From: Ancylonema sp. | Taxonomy: Eukaryota | Direction: 5' to 3' | Assembly (NCBI GenBank): GCA_050230475.1 | Contig: JBFLGF010000008.1 | Location: 1-64,000 of the forward strand | Length of the DNA stretch: 64,000 bases | Part shown: positions 41,861 through 55,369 of the stretch, in pieces | Layout of the letters: the number at the start of each line of letters is the position of its first letter | How positions within the stretch are numbered: position 1 is the first letter of the stretch | Notes under the pieces: generated by a model | What the model was told of the DNA's origin: nothing | What the model saw: only the letters and a program-made list of their open reading frames with translations | Databases searched by the model: none | Program-made: the position numbers and the translations under genes

Positions 41861-44800
41861 ATGAGCGGGGCAAACGAGGAGGCGTACCCCATAAAATCTG
41901 GGGATGCTACTGAAGGTACTGTCTGTCCTGTAGTGCACCACGCTGAAAACTCTAGTTGATTTTGGTTGTAGACCCCGGGATGATGACCAATTGTGTTGTT
42001 CTTTTTTTGTTCAAGATGTAAGACATATGCCGTGGTGCCTAGGCATTTTTTCCTTCTTCCAAACCAGAAAATTTACTTCTCGTTAGGTTCGATAGTCCTG
42101 CCCTGTTGATCTGCATTCAGACTGGACTTTTTTTCTTCTAAGATGCTTTCCCGCTCTCACTCTCTTTCTCGCTCTGAGATAAAGCTCAACATATCTGTTG
42201 AGCTTTATCTCCGTGTAACATGATGTAGGTCTCACAGATTCAATTCGCATTTTGGTCTTTACCGACCGACTTTCATTCCGCTGTAGGTCTGTAGTGTGCA
42301 TTACCCTCACGGTTTTTCCTAGAGACTTGAAAGGCATATCCAATTTTTCAATTATATTTTTTTTCTTGCCGTCTCGTCTTTCCCACGCCACTCAGATCCG
42401 AGAAAGAAGGGCATCATCAGGTCGGATACGGGGGAGGCTCGCCTGCGGGAGTTGGGATACAAACAGGAACTGAACCGATCACTGGTAATAGACGCAGCTA
42501 CGTTTGTGTGCAGACATACGTGAATTGCTACTACGGAGCCTGTCCGGGGTTCTTTGATCCTGCGTTTTATTGTGTGCTTTTGTTGTCTCTTCTTTGACGT
42601 CTCTGAAGGCTTGAGTCGATTTTTTTGTTTTTGCGATGTGGTTCGAATTATAAAGAATTTCCGAGTCCCTTGAAACAAAGTCACCTTGACAATCCAACCG
42701 TCTGGCACATGCAGAGTGCTTTTACGAACTATGTATTCGCTTTCTCCGAGATCGGGGTGATGATGGGAGTCACGGGTCTGTACTCGTATGGATTCACATA
42801 CGGTGGACCAGTCTCCCTCATCTGGGGTTGGATTGTGACCGCAATTTTCTCCCAATTCATAGCTCTCGCTCTTGGGGAAATCTGCTCCTGCGTCCCGGTG
42901 AGTGTGTCACGGTGCTGCTGGGTACGTGGCAGAATCAGGAATCTTACGCCAGGATGAGATTCAACCACCTCTGCTGAGAAATGAAGATATGAGTGAGAAT
43001 AACGTCACTGACGCCACTGACGCCACTGACGTCACTGACGTCAGTGTGCAAGAGCGAGAATTTCTATCAAAAATTGGACTCCGTCAGAGGTTCGATTGCC
43101 GTCGGGACGAGGTATTTCTGCAATGCGATGATAGATGTAACAGCAATCACGCTAGTTGCGGTCTTTTGAAATTCACTGAAGCTGCACGAAGCACTTTGGC
43201 TGCCAGCACCCCCTTTTTTATTCTTTTTTTCTTTGTCTTTTTTTCGTAGGGATTTCACTGTCGTTTCAATAGACATTTGCAGCCCCTTGACCCCCACTAT
43301 TGGAAGATCTGACTGACTGACGTCCACTGCTCTGCCTGTTTGTCAGACCGGAGGTGGAGTGTACGGATGGTCGTACTACCTGGGAGGGACGTGGGGGCCT
43401 GTGTTCTCCTGGATAACTGCATGGTGAGGCTCCGTTTCCGTTTCCGTTTGCGAAATTCTATATACCTGCCGTCATCGTAAACGAAAAAACATTGAAGCAG
43501 CATAGGGAGTAAAATTGGAGAGCTGAGGGGAGGGAGTGGATGGAGGTTGGAGGATCATTCACAAGTGTCGTTTTGGCGTTCGATCTACGGACCTTCATCC
43601 TTGCCCCCCCTCCGTCTGTCTGGTCCCTGGTCCCTTGTCTTCGCTTCATTCAAAATTGAGAAAGTACAATTGGCTATGGTGACCTCGGGGCGGTTTCTGG
43701 CATATCACAACCTCCCGAAAACTGACACGTGTCCTGTCTGAGCCGCTGCAGGTTCAACATGCTGGCTGGCTTCGCCAACGTGGCCTCTGTGGACATGATT
43801 TGCGCCAACTTGATCGGCGAAATGATACTCCTGTCGACCGGCACCTTCTACCCAACCAGCGGCCAAATGCTCGGAATCTTTGGCGCGGTTCTCGTCACTC
43901 ACATCCTCGTGAACCTGGCAGGTGGGTGGGGGTTCGGGGTCGGTCAACGGTCAACGGACGTTCCATTCCAGCTGCTGCGCACCGAATTGAGTTTCGTCGG
44001 TTTCGTCGGTTGCGGTTGGGGAGGTCTCTGGGATGACACCGGTCTGTGTTCCTCGTGCGATTCTCGTGTGATTCTGAAACCAGGAAACGGACCCCCCTTG
44101 CTTATCAGCTGTCGTATCCGAAAGTGACAGAAGTTATCTCGTTACTGTGGTTAACGAGCTGTACCCCCAAAACCCCAGGCTCAACAAGCTTGAAATCACC
44201 ACCAAAACGTAACTAGAATCATGTATCCCCTTGTGTGGATACATCACTGGTCAGATTTCAACACCTTCACATTTTCCCTCTTCCTTCCTTCAGGTATTGA
44301 AGTCGTCGGTTGGCTGGAGTGCATCTCCATCTTCTGGGATTTATTCGGCGTCATCATCGTCTCCGTAATTCTCCTCGCTGTCGCCCCCACCCACCAGACG
44401 CCCTCGTTCGTGTTCACCACATTCATAGGGGACCAAGCCCCCGGTATCACCAGCCGCCCTTTCATCTTCATGCTCGGCCTCCTGTCGGCTGGGTTCACCC
44501 TAGTAGGTAAGGGTTCGAAAAATACGAAGGATGGATTTTTCAGTAGCTGGGTTGTCAGCAGGCAGGGAAGGGTGGACCTTTTCGGTTGGGGAGACTGCGG
44601 CTGGGGTTTTGTAGGAGACAGGCAGGTTAGTGTCTGTGACTTTCAGTGGTCCGAGTTCGTCCTACATTCGTACTTTCGTTACAACGCGTGATCCATCCCA
44701 ATATCGAGTGACCGGACCTCAATCATTTTCTTCCCCCCCCCTCAGGCTACGATGCCGCAGCCCACATGAGCGAAGAGACCAAGTCCGCCGATAAGACCAC

Positions 44801-46858
44801 GGGCATGGCCATATGGCTGGCGGTGCTAGTCTCCTCCTTCTCGGGGCTCATCTACTTGCTGGCTCTCACCTTCAGCATTCAGGGGGTAGGGGGAACTGAG
44901 AGGAAGGGGGATGGGAGACGGGGGAGGAGATCATGAATTGGAGCTTGGGTTTTTGGTTCCTAGAGAAGCCAAATGTTGGAAATGCCTATCTTGTTGAAGG
45001 GAACATCCAAATGATGAGTTTTTTTTTTTTTTTTTTTTTTGGTCAATTTTGGTGCCAGAACTCCTTACCTTACATCTGGGCGCCTATCCTCTGTCTTTGG
45101 TTAACACCGACGTTGACAGACCAGCAGCCTAACCCACCAATTCCCCCCCCCCCCCTCCCCCCTCTCCCCCCTCCCCCTCCCCCCAGAATCCATTGCGCAT
45201 CATTGACCTCACCAACGAGTCCGGCGGATACGCAGGAGCTCAGATCTACTATGACGTCTTCTACGCCCGGTTCGGCAGCGGGGCGGGCGGCATTGCGCTG
45301 CTCATCTTCCCATTGGTGGCCGCGTGGTTCTCAGGGATGTCGTGCCTCACGGCGGCGTCGAGAATCGTGAGCTCGACACCTGGCAAATGGGGTGGGGAAG
45401 GGAAAGCAGAGGGGGGTCTCAGTTCTGTACGTGGACAAGGAGATGGGGACCCGTTTTTATTTCAAACCCCCTTTTGAGGTCCATCAGCAGGGGGGGCGGA
45501 GGAAAGAGGAGTCAAAATACGCTTAGAGAAAATTAGTAGAGTCAAAAGGAAGAAGAGAAGAGGGATACAGAAAATAGTCGGGTAGTGGGGCTCATTCCCA
45601 ACATTGCACTCCCAAAACCCCCCCCCCCCTCCCCTCATTTCCTGCCCGTATACCTCCACTCACATCCACGTCTCCCTCTCCCTCCACCCCCCTGCCCCCA
45701 TCCCCCCCCCCAGTGCTACGCCTTCAGCCGCGACAAGGGCCTACCCGGTTGGCAACTGTGGAAGCGGGTGGCCCCCCACACGGACGCCCCCGTGTTTGCC
45801 ATCCTGCTGGTATCTGCCTGCGCCCTGGGGTTTGCCCTGTTGTCCCTGGTGTCCACCCAGGCCTTCACGGGGGTCACCTCCATCGTCGTCATCGGTTTCT
45901 ACATCTCCTACTTCATCCCCATCCTGCTCAGACATACGTTGGGGAGGAAAGCGTTCACGGTGAGGGAATGAAACTCCTTTTGTCCACGCATCCCGGTCTG
46001 AAACCCCGATAATTACTCGGTTTATACTCAATTATAACTTTGTTGGATACCGTTTTAACGGGCCTGTGACAAGTATAGGACGAGTGTGTGGTTGGAGGTG
46101 GGAATGTGTTCAGTACTACTACTTCAGTATTACTTTCAATCTCCATCTCATAAATCTAGATCTATATTCTGTTCCATTAATGTGCCCGTCTGTGCTCAAC
46201 TCCTCTCTCTTTTTCCGGTTCCATATTGCATCCCCTTGACCCCAATCTCTCCCCCTTCCCCTTTCAGTGCGGTCCTTGGAACTTGGGTGACTTCAGTCTT
46301 CCGATTGGGGTTCTGGCCCTTTTCTTCCTCGCTCTAGTGGTAGCTGTGTTCTGCCTTCCCACAGGTGAACATCATTAAAACCTGACATTGGGGGAGGGGT
46401 TGATGTGATAGATCTTGGTCCCCAATTATGCTTTGGGGGCAGTTTTCTTATAAATAGAAGGACCTTGTTAAGGGTTTTTTTTGTTTGTAAATGAGCCCTT
46501 TCTTTCTCCTTTCATCGAAGCGTGTAGTTGTTGATGACCGTTTTGGAGGAAATCACGAATGCTTGTATTCTAACAATGTTTCGGATATGGCTATCTCATG
46601 AGAGCATACGCGTTCGTCAACCAAAACCTCGTTTCAATTTCGTATTGATTATTAATATCGTCAACCACGTTGTTATGTGCAGCTTTCCCCATCACGAAAA
46701 TCTCGATGAACTACGCTCCAATCGCCGTCGGTTGCACTCTCCTCAGTGCCTTTTTGGGATGGTTTGGGGCCTATTTCTGGCGACCCGGTTTCTTCCTCGG
46801 ACCAGTGAACACACTGGATGACACCATTCATGGAAGTCTCTTAACACGTGCCACTTGA
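41861..46858 (+). CDS. APC-superfamily amino acid/polyamine/GABA permease, BAT1/GABP-like (about 11 exons)
   Basis: DTGEARLRELGYKQELNRSL|SAFTNYVFAFS..GFTYGGPVSLIWGW..LGEICSCVP|TGGGVYGWSYYL..FSWITAW..GYDAAAHMSEETK..YAFSRDKGLP..SMNYAPIAVG. ATG at 41861, stop at 46856-46858. Confidence 0.9.
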
Positions 46859-47522
46859 TCGCAATAGAACATGAGGAATGTTAGAGATGAAAGAAGCCTC
46901 GAAATGAGCCTCAGCCTCGGAAACAAGTTTCCTCTCATCATACACATACGTGAGAGGAGGGTGAACGAAACCATTTATTGGTTGGGTGATTGTTTCTCGT
47001 AGTGCGCGTTTGTGCGCACCAGGCCGAAGGTTTATGCAGATGTACAATGTTTACGTAGTTGTTCTATGGAGGAGTAGGTGTATAGTGTTTCCAGAGGTAC
47101 CCATGTACGGCTTCCACGCATCGATATAGTAGGTGACCTTTGGTGCATTGACTAGACTGTAATAGGCCTTCAGGTAGGATTGATATATTTGTGTGGCACG
47201 GTCTATGTATACATGCCACACACTTGACCATGTGTTCATGCCCATGTTGTCGGGCTATTGTTATGTGTGAAATCAATGCTTGATTAGGTAGTTCTATTAG
47301 AAGTATTTGTACTAGTCCACGGTTGTATCTTAATCATGTCGTGATATTCAGGTACTTGATTTGCCGATTCTCTTTTGTACTTTGTCATTGCCTCACATGG
47401 GTTCTTAGGATTGCATGCAAATCAAACAAACTAGAATTTGAGCTTGATCCTAGAAGTGTGTCCTCTATCATTCTCTCCTGTTGCTAGACAACTTCACACC
47501 AACTCAACTTCTCTTGATACCG

Positions 47523-47743
47523 TAGTGGCCATACATAATGACCCGGGTTTAAAAAAACGAATTAATAAAGCTAAGAAACCACTTGATCCAACCCGCGCAC
47601 CCAACATGAAATTTTCCAACATCCTGAAAAATATTTATTATCTAGTGACCCACATTATAGAATGACCCACTTTTTTAAAAAAATTGAATCATTTCATTTG
47701 ACCCTTTTCATAATTATTTGCGGGTCATTATGTGTGGTATCTA
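47523..47743. mobile_element. Possible MITE (imperfect ~23-bp terminal inverted repeat)
   Basis: TAGTGGCCATACATAATGACCCG ... CGGGTCATTATGTGTGGTATCTA. Confidence 0.45.
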
Positions 47744-49239
47744 GGTGCGTACAACGGGCACTGCCAAAACAGATGGCATCACCATTTGGACCACATGTCA
47801 ATATCCACTTTTGATGATTGTGGCCCACAATCATTTGGACTATTTGGGCCCCACAATTTGTGGGGCCCCACAATTTGTGGGGCCCAAATAGTCATGTAAG
47901 TTATAATAGACACTAGCCAGAAATTGATAGCAAATGGACGTGGACCCCTTTCGACTTTTGAGGTGACCCATCGAACGCCAAAATGATGTGTTTTATAGAA
48001 ATTATCTTTGAGGGCTCCCTCTTAATTGTTGACAGCACCTCGATTACTTTATTGCACAAACTAGCACCATTTTGTTTTTGGACTGCGGTCCGTTCGGGTC
48101 GGATTTGGGACGTGGTCGGACGGCATTTTTAGAGCCTTTTTGTCTTTCCTGTCATATTTTCGGTGGAGACTGGACATGTCGAGGACGTTTTTCACATTTT
48201 CGGACAAGGCACAAGACACGAGATGATATACATTTTAGTCCTCCCTCGGGATTGTTTGCCCACGTCTAACCTCTCAAAATCCCGATGTATAAACCATGAG
48301 TATCCTACTACCACCGGTCCGGCATTTTCGCCTTTAAGGTAGGACCTCGGTCCGGAATCAGAACCTCGAAACTCCGGTCCATAGGTCCTTGCAACTACGC
48401 AATAAAATGACACCGTTGTAGCGCTTGTAAATAATTGGAACTCAATATATCACACTAGTAAGAAAATGACATGACGAACTAAGTTGCACTAGAGTTGCAT
48501 GGAGTTGTCGGGAAGGGGTTGGTGTGTGAAGTTCACACACCAACCCATGTGTGTGTGTGAAGTTCACACTGTGAACCATACCCAAACTAGATTCCGAAAA
48601 AAAATGACGACAAAAAAAAACAATATATATGGGGGGGCAAGGTATTGCATTGATTTGCCTTCGGCGGTACCCTGACTCATGTTACAAAGCTTTGTATCTC
48701 CATCTCTAGTACACAATGTTATCATAAAAAAGGCCCCTTTTTCTTCCGTCCTATACCTCAAATGTATTATCTTTTGCAATGGTGAAGGAGAGACGGGAAA
48801 GAGAACGCTAGGCGTCAAATCCGTATTGGCGACCCGGCAACACGCAACGAGATGTGATTCTTTGAAATCCCTCTTTGTGATCAAAGAAGAGTCCAATGAG
48901 ATTTATTAGGTCACGTAGCGAGGAGTTTGCTAAAATTGTTAGAACTTGATGTTATTATTGTGCACGAGACTCACAAATCGCTTGCATTTGCATCTCCATC
49001 ACAACAACTTCCATCTCCACTTACTAAAATAGATAGAAACTTTACAAGAACCAAACTAATTCTGCAACTTAGGCAACCGTTTTCAACCCTAAAGAAGAAA
49101 GGTTATTGTCACGGTGTTGCCAGACAGTCTTAGTGCTTCCCAAATGTACATCTCTGCTAAAAATCTACATCTTATTCATGTGTCATTCTCTAGACGGGAT
49201 ATCGGGCATGCGAGTTGTCATCTAGTCCTCGTGCACATG

Positions 49240-50733
49240 TGACGTGCTAGATAGAGTCGGCACACAACTTGTCGACGGAATATCACAAAAATTGGAAAAT
49301 CGATAGATTTTGGGAAAATCTGGAAAACAAGACTTTTTATGGTTTTCTTCGCCGATGATGTTGACAGATAGTAGTTGATGACTTGGCTGCTTTCATGGAG
49401 TTTGCAGCGTCTTGATTGGCTTTGGAGTTATCATCTCGTCTCACTAGAGTAGATTGGTGTAGGTTGAGTCCCTACTTACCACACAAGAATGTAATTCAAG
49501 CACGGTATGTGACTTATCATATCAACGAAGTTTGCCGTAGCTACTCCGAAGTCTGAGATGCACTCAACGCTTAGTGGTGGGAGGTCTAGAAACAACACTT
49601 AGTAAGGTTAATCAGGCGTTGCAGGTTATCGTACTTCACAACAGGTGACAGCTACGAGTAAAGAGAACGCAAGGCAAATAGCTATAGAATTTCTACAAAG
49701 GTGAGAATGGATGATAGTTGGTTGCGTCAGGATGCGCATTCACTATTGGTTTCGGAAATCAAACGTTGTCGTGAATAAAACGATTCACTGAGAAACTGGA
49801 CCGGGTACAGGCAATTCAAAGGGTGAATTGTCTGACTGAGCTCGCACGAAACGGTGCAGCTAATTGTAACGATTTCTCACATGAGCAAAACGGCTGACAA
49901 TCAACAACTTGCAAGGGTCACGATTTTGCAAAGGTAACGATAATTCTAACTACGGCAGAATTTCACACGATGCGTATGCAAAACGGCACACGACTTTTTG
50001 TTCTACTTGAGATGCGACAGCACGCACAAGCAAACATACAATTTCGCAGAACTTACGGCTGGATGGAGCGACGCGAAGTTTGCAGAAATTCGCAGAGAAT
50101 ATCAAAGGCGAAACGGCACACTTGATAACGATTGTTGACGATTGCAGAATACACGAATTCATAGAGATTGCAAAGATGGCGATTGCAAAGGGTTGTTGAA
50201 TTTCAGAAAGCGTAAACTGACAGCGGGAGCTGGAAGTTGTGAGCACAAACTTTGCTCTTAAACAATCGACGCGACTTTTCGCACGCGGAATATTCTAGAT
50301 CTTATCTTGATTTAAGGTTGAAAACAAATATCGACTAGACAGGTAATCTCGACTATCTATTTTGGAGTTCTAGATTTCACACGTGTGACAGCACACTAGT
50401 CAGGCTGACTGACTGAAATTAGCTCGGCGCGCACTAAGAATCTTCTAACTCGTCGAAAACACCAATAGGCTAGACTACTCGGAATAAACTTCTGAAAATT
50501 GGTACACCGACTTTCTTCGATATACTGAATACTGATATACTGATATAATACTGATATGAATACTGATATACACGACAAAAATACTAGTTAATTCATCCGA
50601 GCTACATTTGACCACTTATAACAACAAGTTAAATTTAGCGACTAAAATCGACAAAGTATTGGAACTCGCTATATTTTGAGGAACTCCTCACAAAAAAATT
50701 GATTCTTATCGAACGATCTCTAGCGGCATGTCA
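49240..50733 (-). mobile_element. Solo LTR-like unit with a 4-bp CATG target-site duplication
   Basis: Termini TGACGTGC ... GCATGTCA (TG..CA, inverted 7/8), with CATG at 49236-49239 and 50734-50737. Reverse-complement homology to 24697-26191. Confidence 0.8.
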
Positions 50734-51786
50734 CATGTGGTCCCAATTTGTCGGTCAACATGCCAAGTAAAAATTAGTCATACGAATTTCCGAAGTTGGA
50801 AACCGGTACGATTGTTTCTCTCCAAGGATTGTGGCTTCTCACCAATCTCGTCTTGGCATTTCGCTTGTGCCCATGGGAGAGTACGTTGAGTGGTAGTCCA
50901 CACAGTACTACCTCACAAGTGGTAGTACACATTCTCTACATTCCACCACCGTTCAACACGATGATGAAGCCTCGAAATTGTAAGGTATTATTAGTGATAA
51001 AATTTATATCACTAAATCCTGAACTTAGTTTTTTAGTCCAGGTGTTCAGACACTAGGGACGCATTGAGGAGTATTAATTATCGAATCTTGCTCCTCTTAC
51101 ATCGGCGAAAGAAGTGGTGGCCGATCAAAGCTCGTCATAGTGTTTTAATCGGAATATTTTGAGAGTTATTGCGATTTTTTTTTATAAATAAATATAATCA
51201 CATCTAATTCCGCCCATTATTGCACCTTTCGAACTTCTAAAGCTAAAGTGAACTCAATGTGACAAAAGGTGTTATATTCGCACAACACGTTTAGGGTGCG
51301 AAAGAATTTTATCCCCGCCACGTCCACTCGTCCCCCAAAATTTTGTTGGTCAAAAGCGATGTAAGTATTGCTAGAATTGTCCCGGCCGCGATTCCGGACC
51401 CGGGCGGATCGCGGTCCCAAAATGAGTTAGTGCCGGTTTGGTAACGTTATCAGGGTGCTCTTGTATTCTCACATCAAAAAAAAAAAGTCACATACGTATA
51501 ATAAGGCATTAACATCAAGGCGGTACATGATTTCTATTGGCCGTAAAGGTAGTTCTAATGAGCTCATATGAGGTGGGAAACTAACACGTTATGTACAGCG
51601 AAGCCAAAAGAATGAACAAACATGTAAATTACCGCTGACTACGTCGACGAGACGAAGACGATAATGTATGTCGTGAGAGGAAGACAATTTTGTCTACCGA
51701 CATTCCTCCAAGCACACCCATGTTACCAGGGATTTCCATTCATATAGTTAGGAGATGCTACTTCCTGCGAAGGCACCCCTTGTAAC

Positions 51787-52347
51787 TCAGAAATCTCGGC
51801 TCCAAGGGAACTTGGGGTTTATGACTAGGTACGCTACAAGGACGAAATTGGCAACCATGAAGGACCAGGTGGGAGGTTTACCAAACAGAAACTTCTGACG
51901 CTTTCTAGATTGGGCCTGAAATAAGTGGCGCTCGGTGCCAGATGGGAACTTTTGATCCTCGGGCCACAGTAGGCCTCGCGCCAGAGATTTGGCGCGAGGT
52001 TGGTGGTAGGGCGTCTTGTTGCGCCAGCTGGTTTCTGGCATACCAAGACGAAAGAAAGGGCCTGCTAGATGCCGCACTTTGAACAAAACACGGCGTACAT
52101 CAGCAATATCAAGGAGAGGGGCGTGGAATCCACGCTGACTGTCAAAGTTCGGTGGATAAACAGGTCGCTGGTAAACACCGCATTCTGCTTCCTCACCAGC
52201 TGCTTTCGTACCGCCTTCCTCGGCAAGTCTGATGGCAGGGGACAGCCAATCTCGAAGTAGCTGTGGTTTTCCTAGCTCGAAAGCGGCTGCGTACACATTC
52301 TCATTGCGGACACTGCTGGCAGCAGCAACATCGTCTGTACCCGCCAT
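51787..52347 (-). CDS. Hypothetical protein, 186 aa, with a C-terminal hydrophobic segment
   Basis: Single ORF of non-repetitive composition ending WSFMVANFVLVAYLVINPKFPWSRDF. No family recognised. Confidence 0.3.
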   Translation of the reverse strand: MAGTDDVAAASSVRNENVYAAAFELGKPQLLRDWLSPAIRLAEEGGTKAAGEEAECGVYQRPVYPPNFDSQRGFHAPLLDIADVRRVLFKVRHLAGPFFRLGMPETSWRNKTPYHQPRAKSLARGLLWPEDQKFPSGTERHLFQAQSRKRQKFLFGKPPTWSFMVANFVLVAYLVINPKFPWSRDF

Positions 52348-52895
52348 TAAACGGCTGGCTATTACGGTAGTGCCATGAGCCTGACTGCAGAGAGTCCGGA
52401 GGGACTGCTGCTGAAGAAAGCTGCAGTAGCCACTGATCGCCCAGCGTATGAACTTTCATTCCGCACCATTGAGCATGGAATTTAGAGCAGGAGCAGATGG
52501 CTTGCGAATTCCTGCTTGCGAGTTCCTTTGTAGAGAACTTTGACTCTGAGTTGAGGTACTGATTCTTGAAGCCTCCTAGTTTGCAGCAAGGGTACAAACT
52601 CGCGGTCAACGCTTGTCTGTGTCAAATAATAACCGTTAACCGTTACCCGTCGGCTACTGAGTTGAAAGCTCCGGTTGCTCGTTTTCAGTTCTGCCACTTC
52701 CGGCGAATTTTATAATATTGCCGGAGTACCGCTGTATCGGGATCTCTGTTACCGGGCGTTTTGAGCAAGCTGGGAGCAGCTCCTGGTTCTCAATTCAGGA
52801 GAAAGCGCTATCTGTGAGCATACCGTAGCAGTAAAGACGAATTCCACGAACTTCCTAATCTACGTTCAGGACTCCCGCGGCGTAATTTTGCAAAG

Positions 52896-55369
52896 ATGGC
52901 ACTCTTAAGCGCCACCTCTTCGTTTCAGATAGCATCTCCAGCTCGTAGCAAAGGCTTCTTTGGCGCAGCTGTGTCTCATAATGTCACCATGGTAGCAACC
53001 AGTACGAAGAAAGTGACACCCATTGCAACTTGTGGTAAGGCTGTAATCCATTCGACGTCACACATCTGACTATGCTCCACAGGAATGGTGTTTCTCTCGA
53101 GACAGACAGACCTGCCAGTGCACCTCTAGAATAATTGTATCAAATTAATTAAATCTCTAGAAATGTACCCTTTTCCTCGCAATCGTTTACACTTGTGAGA
53201 ATGTGAATCAGCCAGTTCGACAGAATATGTTTCAGGACGAAGCGACCTTTCAATGACCTGCATTCGGATACAGCTGCTAACACACTGTGATAAGAGGAGC
53301 TTTCCACTTATCGTACGCAACAACCTTGAAAATAACCTGAACGTGTATATTGACTTTGAGTCGTACGTGCAAGCTATCGCTACTTTGTTGAGTGAATTCC
53401 ATTCGAGTTACCTCGAGGGTAACTCGAGCTGACCGGTGTTCACCGAATGAGGCATGGATGTGCAACTACAACTCCAGTCAGATACGTATCTGTTGCGTAC
53501 AGTCCAGGGTGTTGCTTGCAAGGAGTGGAATGTTACTCGTGTCATTGTATGTTTGTGCATCCGAATGTACTTCATGCGAAAGGTCGTTGTGTTTCAAATC
53601 ATGTCATCTCAAACTGGTTTATCCACTGCGCTCGCGTCACTTCGAGGGTGACTACGCATGTCATCCATCTACATTGTGATATAGCATGAGCCCTAAGAGC
53701 GTGAAATCTTCGTGTTATTTTGAACCCTCACTGTTTCCATTCCGTGTGAAAATGCCCACCTGCAGCCCTCCCTCACAAAGAGGCCTCGTCTTCGTTTACA
53801 AGCAATCCGGTCTTTCGAGGCATGCTCTGCGGTGCTTGTGTCGCCCTCACCATTGCTACCGCTTCTCCGGCATTCGCCAAGGCTAATGTGAGCTTTGTTC
53901 GTTCCGTGTTTGTGGCTATCAACACGGGAAGAGAAACGTGACGATGTCAAGAAGATCGGATAGATTGAATAAATTCCATGCTAAGACAAAAATCGGTCCC
54001 GATTTCTCCGTCACAAAGGCAGCAAATCCTATTGTGTCTTCGATGAAATCGAAGCTTCGGATACTCAAATCCCAAAGCTTCTCCGAGTGCTGGCTTGGCG
54101 ACAATGTCTTTGGGACTCCATACGTGTCTCCTTGCCTTTCACCATGACACCTTCGAGGAGCACCGATACGTGTCATGCGCATCAACCTTTACCCGACTTC
54201 ATGTCCTTCCCCTACCTACCACTTCCGCCCATTTACACTTGGTCCCGATTTCCACAGACTCTTCTTGCAATGTAATTCTAGCCCCGCTTAGATTTGTGCT
54301 TCCCTTCCACCTTGAGACACATCATCATGGGGATCTAATTCCTTCTCTTGGCCATCCTCGGCATTCCTTCAATCGGCACATGTGTGCCGGTGGGCGTGAT
54401 TGGATTCAAACTTCCCATCTCACCACTCCCTTCTTTCTTGCCGCAGGCGCGCCTCCCTCCTCTCTCCACGGATCCCAACCGCTGCGAACGCGCCTTTGAC
54501 GGGAACACCATCGGGCAGGCCAATGGGGTGGCAGACAAGGTTTTGGACTTGAGGGGCTGCGATTTCTCGAACGACAAGACCAACTTGAAGGGAAAGACTC
54601 TGTCTGCGGCCCTCATGAGCAAAGCGAACTTCGACGGGGCGGACCTGACGGAAGTGGTCATGTCCAAGGCGTATGCAGTGGGGGCAAGCTTCAGAGGTGA
54701 TTTGGGCGGATCAAGTAGCGCCTGGATATTAGCAATCTCGTTTCTTATGATGGGGCAACGGATATTATATCCGGGAAGAGGGAAGAAAAAGAAGAGCAAA
54801 GTGTTTAGAGCCCGTAGTCACAGATGCAGAGGTTTCTTGGCAAAAGCCAAAGTATTGGCAAAGAGGCAAAACGGCAAAAGCATGGTGGCGAGTATTGTAG
54901 GCTATGCTTGAGTGCTCCTTCGAAGTACAATTGTAAAAACGACATGACGACCCTCAATACATGAAGATGAGAGAAGAAGTGTGGAATGATCCAAACTCGA
55001 TTGTCTCTAGAAGTCACGCGCGTAAGCATTCATTGTACCGAGAAAGAAAATGAAAGGACTTTGCAAGAAAGAGATTCAAGATTTGCTTGTAACCCCGTAT
55101 CTTGCTCATCTTTTTTTGGCATCTCGCAACATTTGCTTTCAGGAACATTATTCAACAACGCCGTCGTGGACCGCGTGGCGTTTGATGAGTCTGACATGAC
55201 CGGCGTGCAGTTCATAAACACGGTGCTCTCAGGATCCACTTTTGACACGGCGAATCTAGCGGAGTCAAGTTTCGAGGATGCTCTGATTGGATACGTGGAC
55301 ATTCAGAAGGTGTGCCGCAATGAAACCTTGCCTGAGGAGGCTCGTATCGAGTTGGCGTGTAAAAGGTAG
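52896..55369 (+). CDS. TL17: Thylakoid lumenal 17.4 kDa pentapeptide-repeat protein (4 exons: 52896-53034, 53766-53887, 54447-54696, 55143-55369)
   Basis: Transit peptide MALLSATSSFQIASPARS.., lumen signal ..CVALTIATASPAFA, mature region RLPPLSTDPNRCERAFDGNTIGQANGV..LSAALMSKANFDGADLTEVVMSKAYAVGASF..LSGSTFD..FEDALIGYVDIQKVCRN. All splice phases are consistent. Confidence 0.92.
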
